Shown here piece after piece: positions 42,433 to 53,011 of a DNA stretch of 64,000 bases. Made by a program: the position numbers and the translations under genes. Position 1 is the first letter of the stretch. The number at the start of each line of letters is the position of its first letter. The stretch comes from Chamaesiphon sp. (GTDB lineage Bacteria > Cyanobacteriota > Cyanobacteriia > Cyanobacteriales > Chamaesiphonaceae): positions 96,001 to 160,000 of the forward strand of contig CBDFFH010000027.1 in NCBI GenBank assembly GCA_965246715.1, in the 5' to 3' direction. Under the pieces are notes generated by a model. The model was not told where the DNA came from, searched no databases, and worked only from the letters and a program-made list of their open reading frames with translations.

Positions 42433-43437
42433 TCACGCCATCTCAATGATGATTTTACCGATCGTCTGTCCGCTGTCCTGGGCTTCATGAGCATCAGCCA
42501 CTTGCTGTAGCGAAAATGTTTTGGCAATCTGGAAGTGCAAGATTCCAGCTTCGAGAGCAGTGGTAATGTCACGAATTGCGGCATCTTTGGCAGCCTGGGG
42601 CACTGTATAGACCCGAATCATCCGAATTGTAATGTTGCGGAACTCCCACGGGACGATTGGGATATTTAGCAGCTCGCCAGGATTTCCGGCATAAAGTACC
42701 ACCACACCATTAGTATTTAGAGTGGCATCAGCAATCGCCACATTTGCCGCAAAGTTGACATCGACAAGGCGATCGACTCCACATTCTTTGCCAGTTAGCT
42801 CCCGAATTCGGGCGACGACATCCTCATGCTTGTAATTGATGATGTCATCAGCACCAGCAACCTTGGCAATTTCTGCCTGTTCGGGACGGCTGACTGTCGC
42901 GATAACAGTCGCACCACCCCATTTCGACCATTGCACCGCGTAGCTACCGACCGATCCGCCGCCCCCTGTAACGAGCACGAGCCGATCTTGGACATCGCCA
43001 TCAGCAAATACCGCCCGATGAGCCGTCATCGCTGAGACACCCAAACAAGCCCCCTCGGCATAGCTAATTCGATCGGGGAGATGCACCGCTTTTCGTTCGG
43101 GCACAACGACATATTCTGCCGCTGTCCCAAACGGTTGTTCAAATTGCCCTTCATAAATCCAAACTCGTTCGCCAATTCGATTTGGATTTACGCCTTCCCC
43201 AATGCTCTCGATCGTGCCTGCGCCATCCTGGTGGGGGATAACCCGATCGAGAGATGCCGCGACTCCACCCCAGCCACTCCGCCGTTTGGTATCCGATGGA
43301 TTTACGCCAGAAGCATAAACTCTAATCCTCACCTCCCCCACACCTGGCTCTGGGACTGGGATTTGTCCAAATTGAATCACCTCATGTGCTTTACCCGGTC
43401 GATCGTACCAAGCTGCTTGCATTGTTTGTTGATTCAT
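42433..43437 (-). CDS. NADPH:quinone reductase (MDR)
   Basis: SGVNPSD, PHQDGAG and TGGGGSVG motifs. Confidence 0.9.
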   Translation of the reverse strand: MNQQTMQAAWYDRPGKAHEVIQFGQIPVPEPGVGEVRIRVYASGVNPSDTKRRSGWGGVAASLDRVIPHQDGAGTIESIGEGVNPNRIGERVWIYEGQFEQPFGTAAEYVVVPERKAVHLPDRISYAEGACLGVSAMTAHRAVFADGDVQDRLVLVTGGGGSVGSYAVQWSKWGGATVIATVSRPEQAEIAKVAGADDIINYKHEDVVARIRELTGKECGVDRLVDVNFAANVAIADATLNTNGVVVLYAGNPGELLNIPIVPWEFRNITIRMIRVYTVPQAAKDAAIRDITTALEAGILHFQIAKTFSLQQVADAHEAQDSGQTIGKIIIEMA

Positions 43438-43561
43438 CGATAGTTAATCCCTTTGCTGCTATTGGTTTGCCGGATCGTTGAAATCGATAAGTCTTAGGAT
43501 CTAGGTTTCAGACACCCGATTGCGCGTGAGTGTCCAAAACATCATTTTTGGGTGGGGCTTT

Positions 43562-44470
43562 TCATGCAGCTTCTTTACTGATGAGAAATTGCTTAACTGT
43601 CATCGGGTGAATTTGGGGATAGCGGTCATTTTCAATCCGATCGAGTTTGCCCTTGCCCGATACCATCGCGTAAATATATTGGTGGTAAACGTACTCTTCG
43701 AGTTTACTGGCTGCCGCTTTTTTGGCAGCAATCCAGGTTTTAAATTCGGTCACACTGCCCAATAGTTTTTCAGTTAATTTGGTACCTGTCGCCTCTTCAT
43801 AAGTGGCTTTCAACTGCTTGGCAGTCAGAGTATCACCCGCGACTTCCAGTGCCTTATTTGCCAAGCTAGGATCGATCGCAGCTTCGGCGACATACTTGGC
43901 GGTATCATCAGTAGTGGTGAAATTCATCGGCATTTCACCATCACCCCAGTATTGAAATGTCTGATGTTCCAGATCGAACAGCGGCATATAAGTGATGCTG
44001 TCCATAAATGCCCCATTGAGCACTAAGGTATATTCCAAACCGCTCTGCTGAAGATACTCAAGTACTTCCTTACGCTTGTCCAGATTATCATTGTCGCCGT
44101 AGTCCAACCCGCGATAGTCCGCCGAATAATCGGAGGGAATGAACCGCTTCACGCCCTGCTGTTTGGCAGCATCGATTAAGTTTTTCTGCCCTGGCACGGT
44201 TGCGTCACTATTCCCGATCGCCGATACGACCACATCGACTCCCGTACAAGGGGAGAGTAGAGTTTCAGGTTGCATCACGTCGCCTTCGACGATCGTTGCG
44301 CCCTTAACTTTCATTGCGTCGATCTTTTGGCGATTTTTTTCATTACTGTCATTAATCGAGCGTACCATTGCTCGAACATCAATGTTGCCTTTGTCGAGTA
44401 GAGCCGAAACAATCTTAGTACCCAGCATTCCTGTTGCACCAGCAACCAAAACCGTCGATTTTGTAGTCAT
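43562..44470 (-). CDS. NmrA/isoflavone reductase-like NAD(P)-binding protein
   Basis: AGATGMLG and KRFIPSDY motifs. Confidence 0.9.
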   Translation of the reverse strand: MTTKSTVLVAGATGMLGTKIVSALLDKGNIDVRAMVRSINDSNEKNRQKIDAMKVKGATIVEGDVMQPETLLSPCTGVDVVVSAIGNSDATVPGQKNLIDAAKQQGVKRFIPSDYSADYRGLDYGDNDNLDKRKEVLEYLQQSGLEYTLVLNGAFMDSITYMPLFDLEHQTFQYWGDGEMPMNFTTTDDTAKYVAEAAIDPSLANKALEVAGDTLTAKQLKATYEEATGTKLTEKLLGSVTEFKTWIAAKKAAASKLEEYVYHQYIYAMVSGKGKLDRIENDRYPQIHPMTVKQFLISKEAA

Positions 44471-44512
44471 GATTCATTCTCCTGATAAATTTTTAGGTTA
44501 TAACTAGCGACA

Positions 44513-45382
44513 CTAGATTGATGCACCAGCAAAAAAAGCGAGAAGATGTCTCGAAAGGCTATCGGGTTGTTCTTCGGCAAGCCAATGTCCAGAGTTTTCG
44601 ATGATTTGACTTTGCACATTGGCTGCGACTGCTTGCACTCCTTCAAGCAGTCCCTCGATCGGACTATTGCTTCCGGTCAAAATCAGGACTGGCATTAGCA
44701 GCTTGCTTTTTGCCAGTTCGCGGTTTTGCTGCCCATCTTTGAGCAAGGTGCGATAATACTCAAATCCGTTGTGCATTCCGTTTGGTGCGGCGTAGTGACG
44801 GACATATTCCTCAATTGCATCCGCTTCGACTCCAGTTCGATAGACGAGTGCACAGAGATACTCTCGCTCTCTTCCGGCTGTCAGCAGTTCTGGAATCTCA
44901 GGAGCCATGTGGAAGCCAAAGTGCCAAAAGCCGCCTTTAGCAACATCCATTTTATCTTCTAGCCCAAAACCAGGCAGCAAAGATTCTGCCAGTACCAATC
45001 GCTGTATAGTTTCTGGATGAATAGTCGCGTAGGCATAGGCAACCATTGCGCCAATGTCATGACCGACGAGGTGGATGTGTTCAAACCCCAAATGAGTGAC
45101 GAGCTGATGGATGACTTTGGCGATCGATCGTTTGTCATAGCCTGTTGTTGGCTCAGAAGAGTCTCCCAGTCCAGGTAAGTCAGGAGCAATAACAGTGTAA
45201 TGCTGGGCAAGTATTGGCATAATCTTGCGCCACTCATACCAGGTTTCTGGCCAGCCATGCAACAACACAATTGGCTCACCCTGTCCGCCAATAACGTAAT
45301 GTAAACGCACACCATCAAGGTTTACTGTATTGTGCGTAAATGTTTGCTCGAAATCTTCAGAGAGAGAATTCATTTTAAGCAT
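44513..45382 (-). CDS. alpha/beta hydrolase (epoxide hydrolase-like)
   Basis: LLHGWPE, GHDIGA and SGHWLAEE motifs. Confidence 0.9.
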   Translation of the reverse strand: MLKMNSLSEDFEQTFTHNTVNLDGVRLHYVIGGQGEPIVLLHGWPETWYEWRKIMPILAQHYTVIAPDLPGLGDSSEPTTGYDKRSIAKVIHQLVTHLGFEHIHLVGHDIGAMVAYAYATIHPETIQRLVLAESLLPGFGLEDKMDVAKGGFWHFGFHMAPEIPELLTAGREREYLCALVYRTGVEADAIEEYVRHYAAPNGMHNGFEYYRTLLKDGQQNRELAKSKLLMPVLILTGSNSPIEGLLEGVQAVAANVQSQIIENSGHWLAEEQPDSLSRHLLAFFAGASI

Positions 45383-46280
45383 TTCCTTGGTTCATAAATT
45401 GCTTAACGCTCATGGGTTTGATGTGGGGATAGCGATCGTTCTGAAGGCGATCGAGCTTGCCTTTACCCGATACCATCGCATAATCATACTGATCCGATAT
45501 ATACTCAGCGAGTGAGCTGACGGACGCTTTTTTGGTAGCAATCCAAGCTTGCATTTCTGGGATACTGCCCAACCGTTTTTCGGCTAATTGGGTGCCCGTT
45601 GCCGCTTCATAAGTGGCTTTCAACTGCTTGGCGGTCAGAGTATCACCCGCGACTTCTAATGCTGTGTTTGCCAAGCCTGTTTCGCTCACGGCTTCGGCTA
45701 CATACTTGGCAGTATCATCAGGAGCCGTAAAATCCATCGGCATTTCACCATCGCCCCAGTATTGAAATGTCTGATGTTCTAGGTCAAACTCAGGCATATA
45801 GGGGATAAACTCCATAAACGCCCCGTTCAACACTAGGGTATATTCCAAACCACTCTGCTGGAGATGCTCAAGCACTTCTTTACGCTTGTCCAAGTTGTCG
45901 TTGTCCCCATAGTCCAGCTTGCGATAGTCCACCGAATAATCTGAAGGAATGAAGCGTTTCACCCCCTGTTGTTTGGCAGCATCAATCAAGTTTTTCTGCC
46001 CTGGAACTGTCACTTCATTGTTACCGACTGCCGATACGACTACATCGACTCCCGTACAAGGGTTCAGCAAGGTCTCAGGTTGCATCATGTCGCCTTCGAC
46101 GATCGTCGCGCCCTTGGCTTTCAATGCGTCGATCTTTTGGCGATTTTCTGGCTTGCTGTCATTAATCGAGCGTACCATTGCCCGAACATCAATGTTACCT
46201 TTGTCGAGGAGAGCCGAAACAATCTTAGTACCCAGCATTCCTGTAGCACCAGCAACTAGAACCGTCAGTTTGCTAGTCAT
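45375..46280 (-). CDS. NmrA/isoflavone reductase-like protein
   Basis: Close paralog of 43562-44470; start at ATG 46280. Confidence 0.9.
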   Translation of the reverse strand: MTSKLTVLVAGATGMLGTKIVSALLDKGNIDVRAMVRSINDSKPENRQKIDALKAKGATIVEGDMMQPETLLNPCTGVDVVVSAVGNNEVTVPGQKNLIDAAKQQGVKRFIPSDYSVDYRKLDYGDNDNLDKRKEVLEHLQQSGLEYTLVLNGAFMEFIPYMPEFDLEHQTFQYWGDGEMPMDFTAPDDTAKYVAEAVSETGLANTALEVAGDTLTAKQLKATYEAATGTQLAEKRLGSIPEMQAWIATKKASVSSLAEYISDQYDYAMVSGKGKLDRLQNDRYPHIKPMSVKQFMNQGNA

Positions 46281-46388
46281 GATTTTCCTTGTAAATTTTA
46301 CAGAATTTGTCATTTGTCGCGATTGGTCGCAGCGGAGGCTACGCCAACGATTCGTCGGAGCTAAACTCAAATCACCTAATGTTAGGTT

Positions 46389-46898
46389 TTAGTCTTCGTA
46401 ACCTTGTAAGAAATTAGTTTTAGCCGCAGGGTACTTTTGAATGACTTGCGCCATCGCCCGATTAGCTTGTTCTCGGTCGGGAAAAGGCATCGAAGGCGGC
46501 AATGTCCGCGCCTGGGCGGGCACAGTTGTCGCCATAATCATGTGCTCAAAACCTGCGGGTACATAGGTATTGAGTAGTCGTACCGTTTCTGAGTCGATTT
46601 GAAAAGCGTGTTTTGTGCCCCGTGGAATTGATACCAACGATCCGGCGGTGGCCTTAATCGGCTGGTCTTCAACAAAGAAGGTAGCTTCACCTTCGAGGAT
46701 ATAGAAGGTTTCATCTGCCGCCTCATGAATGTGCGGCGGTGCTGCTGGCCCCTGCGGGATCAGCTCTTCGATGCAGGAATACTCTCCGTTGGTGTCTTCA
46801 GCAGTTGCCAGCATAATCCAGAGAATGCCCTGACCCCAGTAAGCGCGACCTTGGGTATGATTGACTTCAAAAGCTTGTGGCTGATTTTGTACGTTCAT
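46389..46898 (-). CDS. cupin domain protein (quercetin dioxygenase-like)
   Basis: PPHIHEAADETFYILEG and IPRGTKHAF motifs. Confidence 0.85.
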   Translation of the reverse strand: MNVQNQPQAFEVNHTQGRAYWGQGILWIMLATAEDTNGEYSCIEELIPQGPAAPPHIHEAADETFYILEGEATFFVEDQPIKATAGSLVSIPRGTKHAFQIDSETVRLLNTYVPAGFEHMIMATTVPAQARTLPPSMPFPDREQANRAMAQVIQKYPAAKTNFLQGYED

Positions 46899-46962
46899 GG
46901 ATGGCTCTTTTTATGTACATTGGCGATCGAAACTAGACTTCGATCGTCCGGTGGCGGGTAGT

Positions 46963-47475
46963 TTATCCGGCGAAACCTTCCAAGTAAGTAGTTTTAGCCG
47001 CAGGATAATTCTCAACGGCTTTATCTAGTGCTCGAACAGCTTCTGTTTGGTCGGGAAAAGTCACCCCACCAGGTGGCAATGTGCGGGCTTGAGCGGGTAC
47101 CGACGTTGCCATAATCGCGTGCTCAAACCCTGCGGGTACATAGGTATTGAGTAGCCGTACCGTGTCCGAATCGATTTGAAAAGCGTGTTTTGTGCCGCGT
47201 GGAATTGCCACAAACGATCCGGCGGTGCCTTTAATCGGCTTGTCTTCTACCATGAAGGTCATTTCGCCTTCGAGGATGTAGAAGGTTTCATCTGCCAGCT
47301 CATGGATGTGAGGGCCAGGTCCCGCACCGCGTGGGATCAACTGTTCGATACAGGAATACTCTCCATTCGTATCTTCGGCAGTCGCCAGCATAATCCAGAG
47401 AATACCTACACCCCAGTAAGCGGGTGCTTCAGTCTGATTGACTTCAAAAGCTTGTGGCTGATTTTGTGCGTTCAT
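46963..47475 (-). CDS. cupin domain protein, tandem paralog
   Basis: GPHIHELADETFYILEG motif; start at ATG 47475. Confidence 0.85.
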   Translation of the reverse strand: MNAQNQPQAFEVNQTEAPAYWGVGILWIMLATAEDTNGEYSCIEQLIPRGAGPGPHIHELADETFYILEGEMTFMVEDKPIKGTAGSFVAIPRGTKHAFQIDSDTVRLLNTYVPAGFEHAIMATSVPAQARTLPPGGVTFPDQTEAVRALDKAVENYPAAKTTYLEGFAG

Positions 47476-47731
47476 TGATAAATCCTTGTAATTTACGCGG
47501 TTATTAAAACGATCGCCGACTAGTTCTCGATTACCTCTCGGCGCGGCTCCGCCAACGAGCAAAGTTTACCCTGTGCCTAACGGCAGACATCCGCCACCGC
47601 GAAAGACTTGGGCTTGAGTTTGGTGCGAACCAAATAAATCTATTGTTGTAAAGATGCCAATTTGTTCGAGTCTGTGGTGCTAAAGCAATGTCAACTCGAT
47701 TTAGAACCCATCTGTCTCTATCGTAATGAAC

Positions 47732-47773
47732 TTAATTAGCGAAATTTATCACGTTCTTGCTCTCTTGAATATT
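47732..47773 (-). promoter_or_regulatory. isolated araC 3' tail (putative operator)
   Basis: TATTCAAGAGAGCAAGAACGTGATAAATTTCGCTAATTAA matches 31370-31411 with no araC body upstream. Confidence 0.55.
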
Positions 47774-47778
47774 TGGAA

Positions 47779-48546
47779 TTAGATCGACTGACCGCCAGAA
47801 ACTTCAATTCGCTGGGCATTCACCCAACGGTTTTCTTCCGAAAGCAAGGATGCGATCGCACCGCCGATATCATCAGGAACACCAACACGACCCAAAGCAG
47901 TTTGTGACGCGATGAATTTGTTGATTTCTGGATTGTCGCGGACTGAGCCGCCTGCAAAGTCCGTTTCAATCGCGCCAGGAGCAACAACGTTCACGGTGAT
48001 TTGTCTGGAGCCTAATTCCTTTGCCAGGTATCGGGTTAATACCTCAATTGCCCCCTTCGTGCTGGCATAGGCGGCATAACCAGGTAGTGTAAAGCGCGCC
48101 AGACCTGACGAAATATTGACGATCCGCCCGCCATCGGCGATTGTCGATAGTAATTTCTGGGTCAAAAAGAAAACGCCCTTAACCTGAATATTCATCAATC
48201 GGTCGAAGTCTTCCTCGGTTGTCTCGGCGAACGGTGCATAAACACCAATCCCGGCATTATTCACCAGAAAATCAAACCGATCGGTCTGCCATTTGTCTTG
48301 AAGCGACTGCTTGAGTTGCGCTACAAAACCATCAAAGGTTTTAGTGTCTGAACTATCTAGCTGTAGTGCAACGGCTTGACCACCCATTTCTTCAATGGTA
48401 GAGACGACGTTCTTTGCTTCGTCGAGACTGCTATTGTAAGTGACAATGATGCCAACTCCTTTTTTAGCAAGTGCTAAAGCAGTATTTTTGCCCAATCCTC
48501 GGCTCGATCCTGTGACCAATGCAATCTTCATCTTATCGTTAGTCAT
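47779..48546 (-). CDS. SDR family oxidoreductase
   Basis: TGSSRGLG, NNAG and YASTK motifs. Confidence 0.9.
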   Translation of the reverse strand: MTNDKMKIALVTGSSRGLGKNTALALAKKGVGIIVTYNSSLDEAKNVVSTIEEMGGQAVALQLDSSDTKTFDGFVAQLKQSLQDKWQTDRFDFLVNNAGIGVYAPFAETTEEDFDRLMNIQVKGVFFLTQKLLSTIADGGRIVNISSGLARFTLPGYAAYASTKGAIEVLTRYLAKELGSRQITVNVVAPGAIETDFAGGSVRDNPEINKFIASQTALGRVGVPDDIGGAIASLLSEENRWVNAQRIEVSGGQSI

Positions 48547-48625
48547 TGCCGTCTCCTTTGGCGATTGTATTTAGATATATCGATTGTTCGTGTGCGTGCA
48601 GTAACCGTTTTAAACCGATTTGACA

Positions 48626-49519
48626 TTAAATTTTTGAAATCACATCAAATGCACTCGTCCACTGGACATCGGGGTATCGGTCATTATCCAGCGGTTGATT
48701 TTGGACACTGAACATACTGTATAGATATTGCATTCCTTGCCAACCTGGAAACAATTCTTTTTCTCCTTCTGGGTGTGCCGCCCGCTCTTTTTTATTTGAG
48801 GCGGAAAAATCTTCCATACTGCCCATTGGGATGAGTTTAAATTCTGTCTGTTTAACTTCTTTGCCGATTGCCACCAATTCGTTCGGGCTAATTTGGAAAC
48901 TGGCAATTCGCAGAATTTTTGGAGTTGAGACATCGATCGCGGCAGCGGCAGTATAATCGGCCGTATCGTCCATCGTTGTAAAGTCGATTTTCCAATCTTG
49001 TTTATCGCCCCAATAGCCGACGCTATAATTTTTCACATCATACAGCGGCGTGTTATAGCTCAAGATTTCATTAGCAAAAGCTCCGTTTAAGATCGAAGTG
49101 ACGGCGATCGAGGATTTATCTAGATATTGATGAAACTCTTTTCTGAGATCGAAATTTCGGTTTTCACCTGTGGGAAGTTTGGTAAAGTCGGAAGAAAAAT
49201 CCGAAGGAATAAAGCGTGGGACACCTGCGGCGATCGCTGCCTCAAGCAGTTTGATTTGCGAGTCAACGATCGCATCATGCAGTCCTGATAAGGCCGAAAC
49301 TACGCACGATGCGCCTTGACAGGCTTGTTTAAGTTCCTCGGCATTCGACAGATCGATCGTCATTACTTTCGCGCCGAGTTCGGTTAGTTTAGCGATTTTT
49401 TCGGGTTCGGTACCGTTGCGGACAATGGCGCGAACTTCTGCACCCCTTTTTATCAAGGCTTTGATGATTCGTCCGCCGAGATTACCCGTTCCGCCTGCTA
49501 CTAAAATTGGTTGGTTCAT
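48626..49519 (-). CDS. NmrA family NAD(P)-binding protein
   Basis: AGGTGNLG and RFIPSDF motifs; paralog of 61079-61984. Confidence 0.9.
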   Translation of the reverse strand: MNQPILVAGGTGNLGGRIIKALIKRGAEVRAIVRNGTEPEKIAKLTELGAKVMTIDLSNAEELKQACQGASCVVSALSGLHDAIVDSQIKLLEAAIAAGVPRFIPSDFSSDFTKLPTGENRNFDLRKEFHQYLDKSSIAVTSILNGAFANEILSYNTPLYDVKNYSVGYWGDKQDWKIDFTTMDDTADYTAAAAIDVSTPKILRIASFQISPNELVAIGKEVKQTEFKLIPMGSMEDFSASNKKERAAHPEGEKELFPGWQGMQYLYSMFSVQNQPLDNDRYPDVQWTSAFDVISKI

Positions 49520-49833
49520 GATATTTTAGATATTTAAGTTTGATGCTGTGTAAACCTAGATCTCTCGCCAGCTAATCTCACGAGAAATCCAGGGTTTCAG
49601 TGTTTGCTCGGAAAATTGTCCAGACTATTGTGTCAACACTACTGTCTTAAAAATCTTGTCGTGCCAAGTCTCCTGTTGTTTATCCACGAATATTTTCTAC
49701 GATGGAGACACAGTGGTAAATACTGCCACCAAAGAGATCGATCTGCCGATCTTCCACTTCGATCGTTTCGTTGAAGTCATAGTTATCGCTGGCGATGTTG
49801 GCTGAAAGCGAATATATCTACACCCTAACGAAT

Positions 49834-49889
49834 TTAAACACCGAAACTTATCACGTTCTTGCTGTCTTGGATGTATTGCTCAGAGTAAT
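49834..49889 (-). promoter_or_regulatory. isolated araC 3' tail (putative operator)
   Basis: CAATACATCCAAGACAGCAAGAACGTGATAAGTTTCGGTGTTTAA with no araC body upstream. Confidence 0.55.
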
Positions 49890-50190
49890 TATTTTCGGGG
49901 GAGCAAGAGCACGCTAATTCAGATTTCTGGTTGGGACAATTTGATAATAATCGGCAGGTCTGTTCCAGGATGATAGTTTTCTGCTTCAGACTCCGGTAGA
50001 TCCCAAGGCACTACTAGTCGATTACTGGCTAACATAGTTATATATGAACTAGAAAATGTCGGTATGCTTTCTGCCCTGACGATCGACCTTGTTTTTGCGA
50101 CAAAACCATGTTGTCTAGGCTGTACTCGACCCAAAATATAATTTCTTTAGATCGATCGCGGAACTCGACATCACCTTTTTATCACCTCAG

Positions 50191-51405
50191 ATGCAGTTAT
50201 CTCAAAAGCCCGGATTCCGATGGCTAGTGCTGGGTGTGGCAACGATCGCGCAAGCAACTGCCTGCTTTTTGGTGCAAGGATTGGGGGCATTATCCAGTCA
50301 TCTGCAAACCGCGCTCGAACTCAATGCTTTCGAGATTGGATTGCTGGTTTCGGCGGCCCAGATCGTTCCGGTACTGGGGTTGCTAGTTGCAGGCGAACTG
50401 CTCGATCGGTTTAACGAACGCCAGATCGTTGGCATCGGAACATTACTGGTGGCGGTGTCCCTCTGGATGGCATCGCTGGCAACCAGCTATGGCAACTTGT
50501 TAGTTTGGCTGACGCTAACTGGACTGGGTTACAGCACCGCACAGCCTGGAGGTAGTAAGTCAGTGTCAGGGTGGTTCTCAAAGCCGCAGCGGGGATTTGC
50601 AATGGGAATTCGTCAGGCTGGACTACCATTGGGAGGGTCGATCGCGGCGGCAAGCTTGCCGCTCATTGCGACAAATTATGGTTGGCAGGCAGCGTTTAAA
50701 GTCGGAGCAGGAGTCGCCTTGGCAGGGGCAGTAGTGTTTATTCTGGTTTACCGATCTCCGCCGGAGAATGCAGTTTCGGCTTCTACCTCTCAACCAAATG
50801 TGCGATCAACTTGGCGCGATCGTTTGGCACTGTTGAGATTGCCTCAGATGAGAAATATTATTTGCTCCGGTGTCTCACTGATAGCAGCTCAGTATGGAAT
50901 CGTCATTTTTCTGGCATTGTACTTGCATGAGCGATTCAGGATCTCGATCGAGACCAGCATTGTGATGCTATTTATCGCTCAAGGTGCGGGAGTAGTCGGA
51001 CGAATTGCCCTGGCCAGGTGGAGCGATCGCAGCCAACAGGGACGGTTTTTTCCAGTCTTAGTGAGCATTGTCGCGGTACTTCTAGGCTTGATGCTGCTGT
51101 TAATACCACTGACAAACTCTGTCATCGGATTGGCGGTGCTGTCGATCTGGCTGGGTTTTTTTGGGTTTGGCTGGTATGGCCCGTGGGTGACTTACGTGAG
51201 CGAATCAGCACCACCGTTGCGGGAAGGGTTTACGCTGGGTCTAGCAATGGCAATCAATCAAGTCGCAGTAATCGGCAGTCCGCCATTGCTAGGGTGGTTA
51301 CGGGATGCTACGGGCAGTTATACAGCCAGTTGGTTACTCCTTATCGTCATGCTGCTAGCTTCGTTGTTAATGGTAACGCGGCAGCATGTTCGTTACCGTC
51401 ATTAG
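50191..51405 (+). CDS. MFS transporter
   Basis: 404 aa, about 12 hydrophobic segments; GELLDRFNER and RGFAMG motifs. Confidence 0.9.
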   Translation: MQLSQKPGFRWLVLGVATIAQATACFLVQGLGALSSHLQTALELNAFEIGLLVSAAQIVPVLGLLVAGELLDRFNERQIVGIGTLLVAVSLWMASLATSYGNLLVWLTLTGLGYSTAQPGGSKSVSGWFSKPQRGFAMGIRQAGLPLGGSIAAASLPLIATNYGWQAAFKVGAGVALAGAVVFILVYRSPPENAVSASTSQPNVRSTWRDRLALLRLPQMRNIICSGVSLIAAQYGIVIFLALYLHERFRISIETSIVMLFIAQGAGVVGRIALARWSDRSQQGRFFPVLVSIVAVLLGLMLLLIPLTNSVIGLAVLSIWLGFFGFGWYGPWVTYVSESAPPLREGFTLGLAMAINQVAVIGSPPLLGWLRDATGSYTASWLLLIVMLLASLLMVTRQHVRYRH

Positions 51406-51539
51406 TTCTATGCTTGACCTCGCCAGCCAGTAGGGTGGGCAGTGCCCACGAGCAAATTCTGACGGAGCAATGATTTCAGATTGTTATTGCGATCGCTATT
51501 CATTCACTCGTTGGCATCGCCTACCGAAGGTAATCGCAA

Positions 51540-51870
51540 TAGCTGAGATTGATACTCGCTCGATGCTCTATTGAGAAGATTCTCTAACTGTTTTAATACT
51601 TCAATAACATCGTCAAAATTAGGTGCGGTGCCAAGCATTATCCCTTGCATCGATCGATAATCTCGCTCCAATAGACCTCCTGCGAAAGTCCGAGTTCGAT
51701 CGGCACAACCTATAATTATCAACACGTTTAGCTAATCTTCTATTGTTAGCTAACAATGCTCGAAATGCTTGGTATTAAAGGATAGTTAAAACACTTTCGC
51801 AGGAGGTCTAATGATTTTAATAAATCATCATATGACACGATGTAGTAGCTGGAAAGTCATCGATAAGGTT
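51540..51870 (-). pseudogene. AbiEii/AbiGii-like nucleotidyltransferase C-terminal remnant
   Basis: After removing the MITE: DDLLKSLERDYRSMQGIMLGTAPNFDDVIEVLKQLENLLN, resembling AbiEii C-termini. Confidence 0.5.
51673..51809. mobile_element. 137-bp MITE, copy 2 (inverted relative to copy 1)
   Basis: Same TIR and AAT flanks; interior alignable to 28265-28401. Confidence 0.85.
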
Positions 51871-51919
51871 TGGTCAGATAACTTTGCCATCGATTTAAAA
51901 TGAGTATTCTGGAATACCT

Positions 51920-52969
51920 TTAAGTATTCGGAGCAGTTAACCAGTTGTGTTGATAAAGATGGTTCCAAGCAGTGCGAAGGTGGCTAACCTTGAAGATATT
52001 CCGTTTGCGTTCGCTCCACTCTTGAACTAACTCGATCGCTCGATCGCAGTCAATTGCCGCTTGCGGATCTTCTTTTGCGACCCAGTGGACTGTTGCCAGC
52101 ATTTCCATTCCGTAGGGCGTTTCAAAGCCAACAATCAGGTTACTAACACGCTCTAAATGTGAATGAGATTCTTCACAACCCAAGAGAAATGCCTGCGCTT
52201 CTTCTCTTCCTGCGGGTAAAACAGCGATTTGAGAGTTTTGGGATCGATCTCCGTAACCTTTGATAAAATGTCCTTCAATTGCTTGCAGTACATGATTCAG
52301 GTTGTCAGCATAAGGCCCATACCGATCTTTTTGATAACGTAGTTTTAAGGGTTCACCTGCTTCTTGTAGGAAGTAAGCAAGTTTCTGAATCTCTAATTTG
52401 GAGAGACTGTAACCTGGAACACCGTATAAATCCAATAATCGAACGAATAAAGCACGAGGGCGGGTCATATTCGCCTTTTTAGTGCCAGCTTTCATCTTGT
52501 CCGCAGGTACGCCGCTAGGCTCGAAAATGATTACTTTAACTTCTGGTAAATTCTCAAACGCTTTGACGATCAGTGGCTTAACATCATTCCAATCCAGTCC
52601 ACCGTTACCACAACCAAGAGGTGGAATGGCGATAGATTCTATGCCCAGCCGTTGAACATCTGTTGCTAATGCTTCCAGTCCAGACTGAATATCATCAATT
52701 CTCGATTTTTCTTTCCAGTGACGTTTGGTAGGGAAGTTGATCGCATAGCGGGGGAAAAGCTTACCCGTTGAGACGATGAACATCTCTCCTGGCTTGACTT
52801 CCTTTGCTGTGCAAGCCTTTTTGTACTCTTTGAAAACTTCAGGAAAGACCTGTTTGAACTGCAAAGCAATACCTTTACCCATTACGCCAACACAATTAAC
52901 CGTGTTAACAAGGGCTACAGCATTCTCATCAAGGATGTTGCCTTGCTTAAATTCAATCATGATTATCAC
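51920..52969 (-). CDS. darG: DarG macrodomain antitoxin (DNA ADP-ribosyl glycohydrolase)
   Basis: NTVNCVGVMGKGIALQFK, NFPTKRHW, IPPLGCGNGGL and a DarG-type C-terminus (QKLAYFLQ, YGPYA, GFETPYGMEMLATVHW). Confidence 0.9.
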   Translation of the reverse strand: MIIMIEFKQGNILDENAVALVNTVNCVGVMGKGIALQFKQVFPEVFKEYKKACTAKEVKPGEMFIVSTGKLFPRYAINFPTKRHWKEKSRIDDIQSGLEALATDVQRLGIESIAIPPLGCGNGGLDWNDVKPLIVKAFENLPEVKVIIFEPSGVPADKMKAGTKKANMTRPRALFVRLLDLYGVPGYSLSKLEIQKLAYFLQEAGEPLKLRYQKDRYGPYADNLNHVLQAIEGHFIKGYGDRSQNSQIAVLPAGREEAQAFLLGCEESHSHLERVSNLIVGFETPYGMEMLATVHWVAKEDPQAAIDCDRAIELVQEWSERKRNIFKVSHLRTAWNHLYQHNWLTAPNT

Positions 52970-53011
52970 CTTGTTCGTACAAAAGTACTAATACAAATAT
53001 TTTATCAATTA

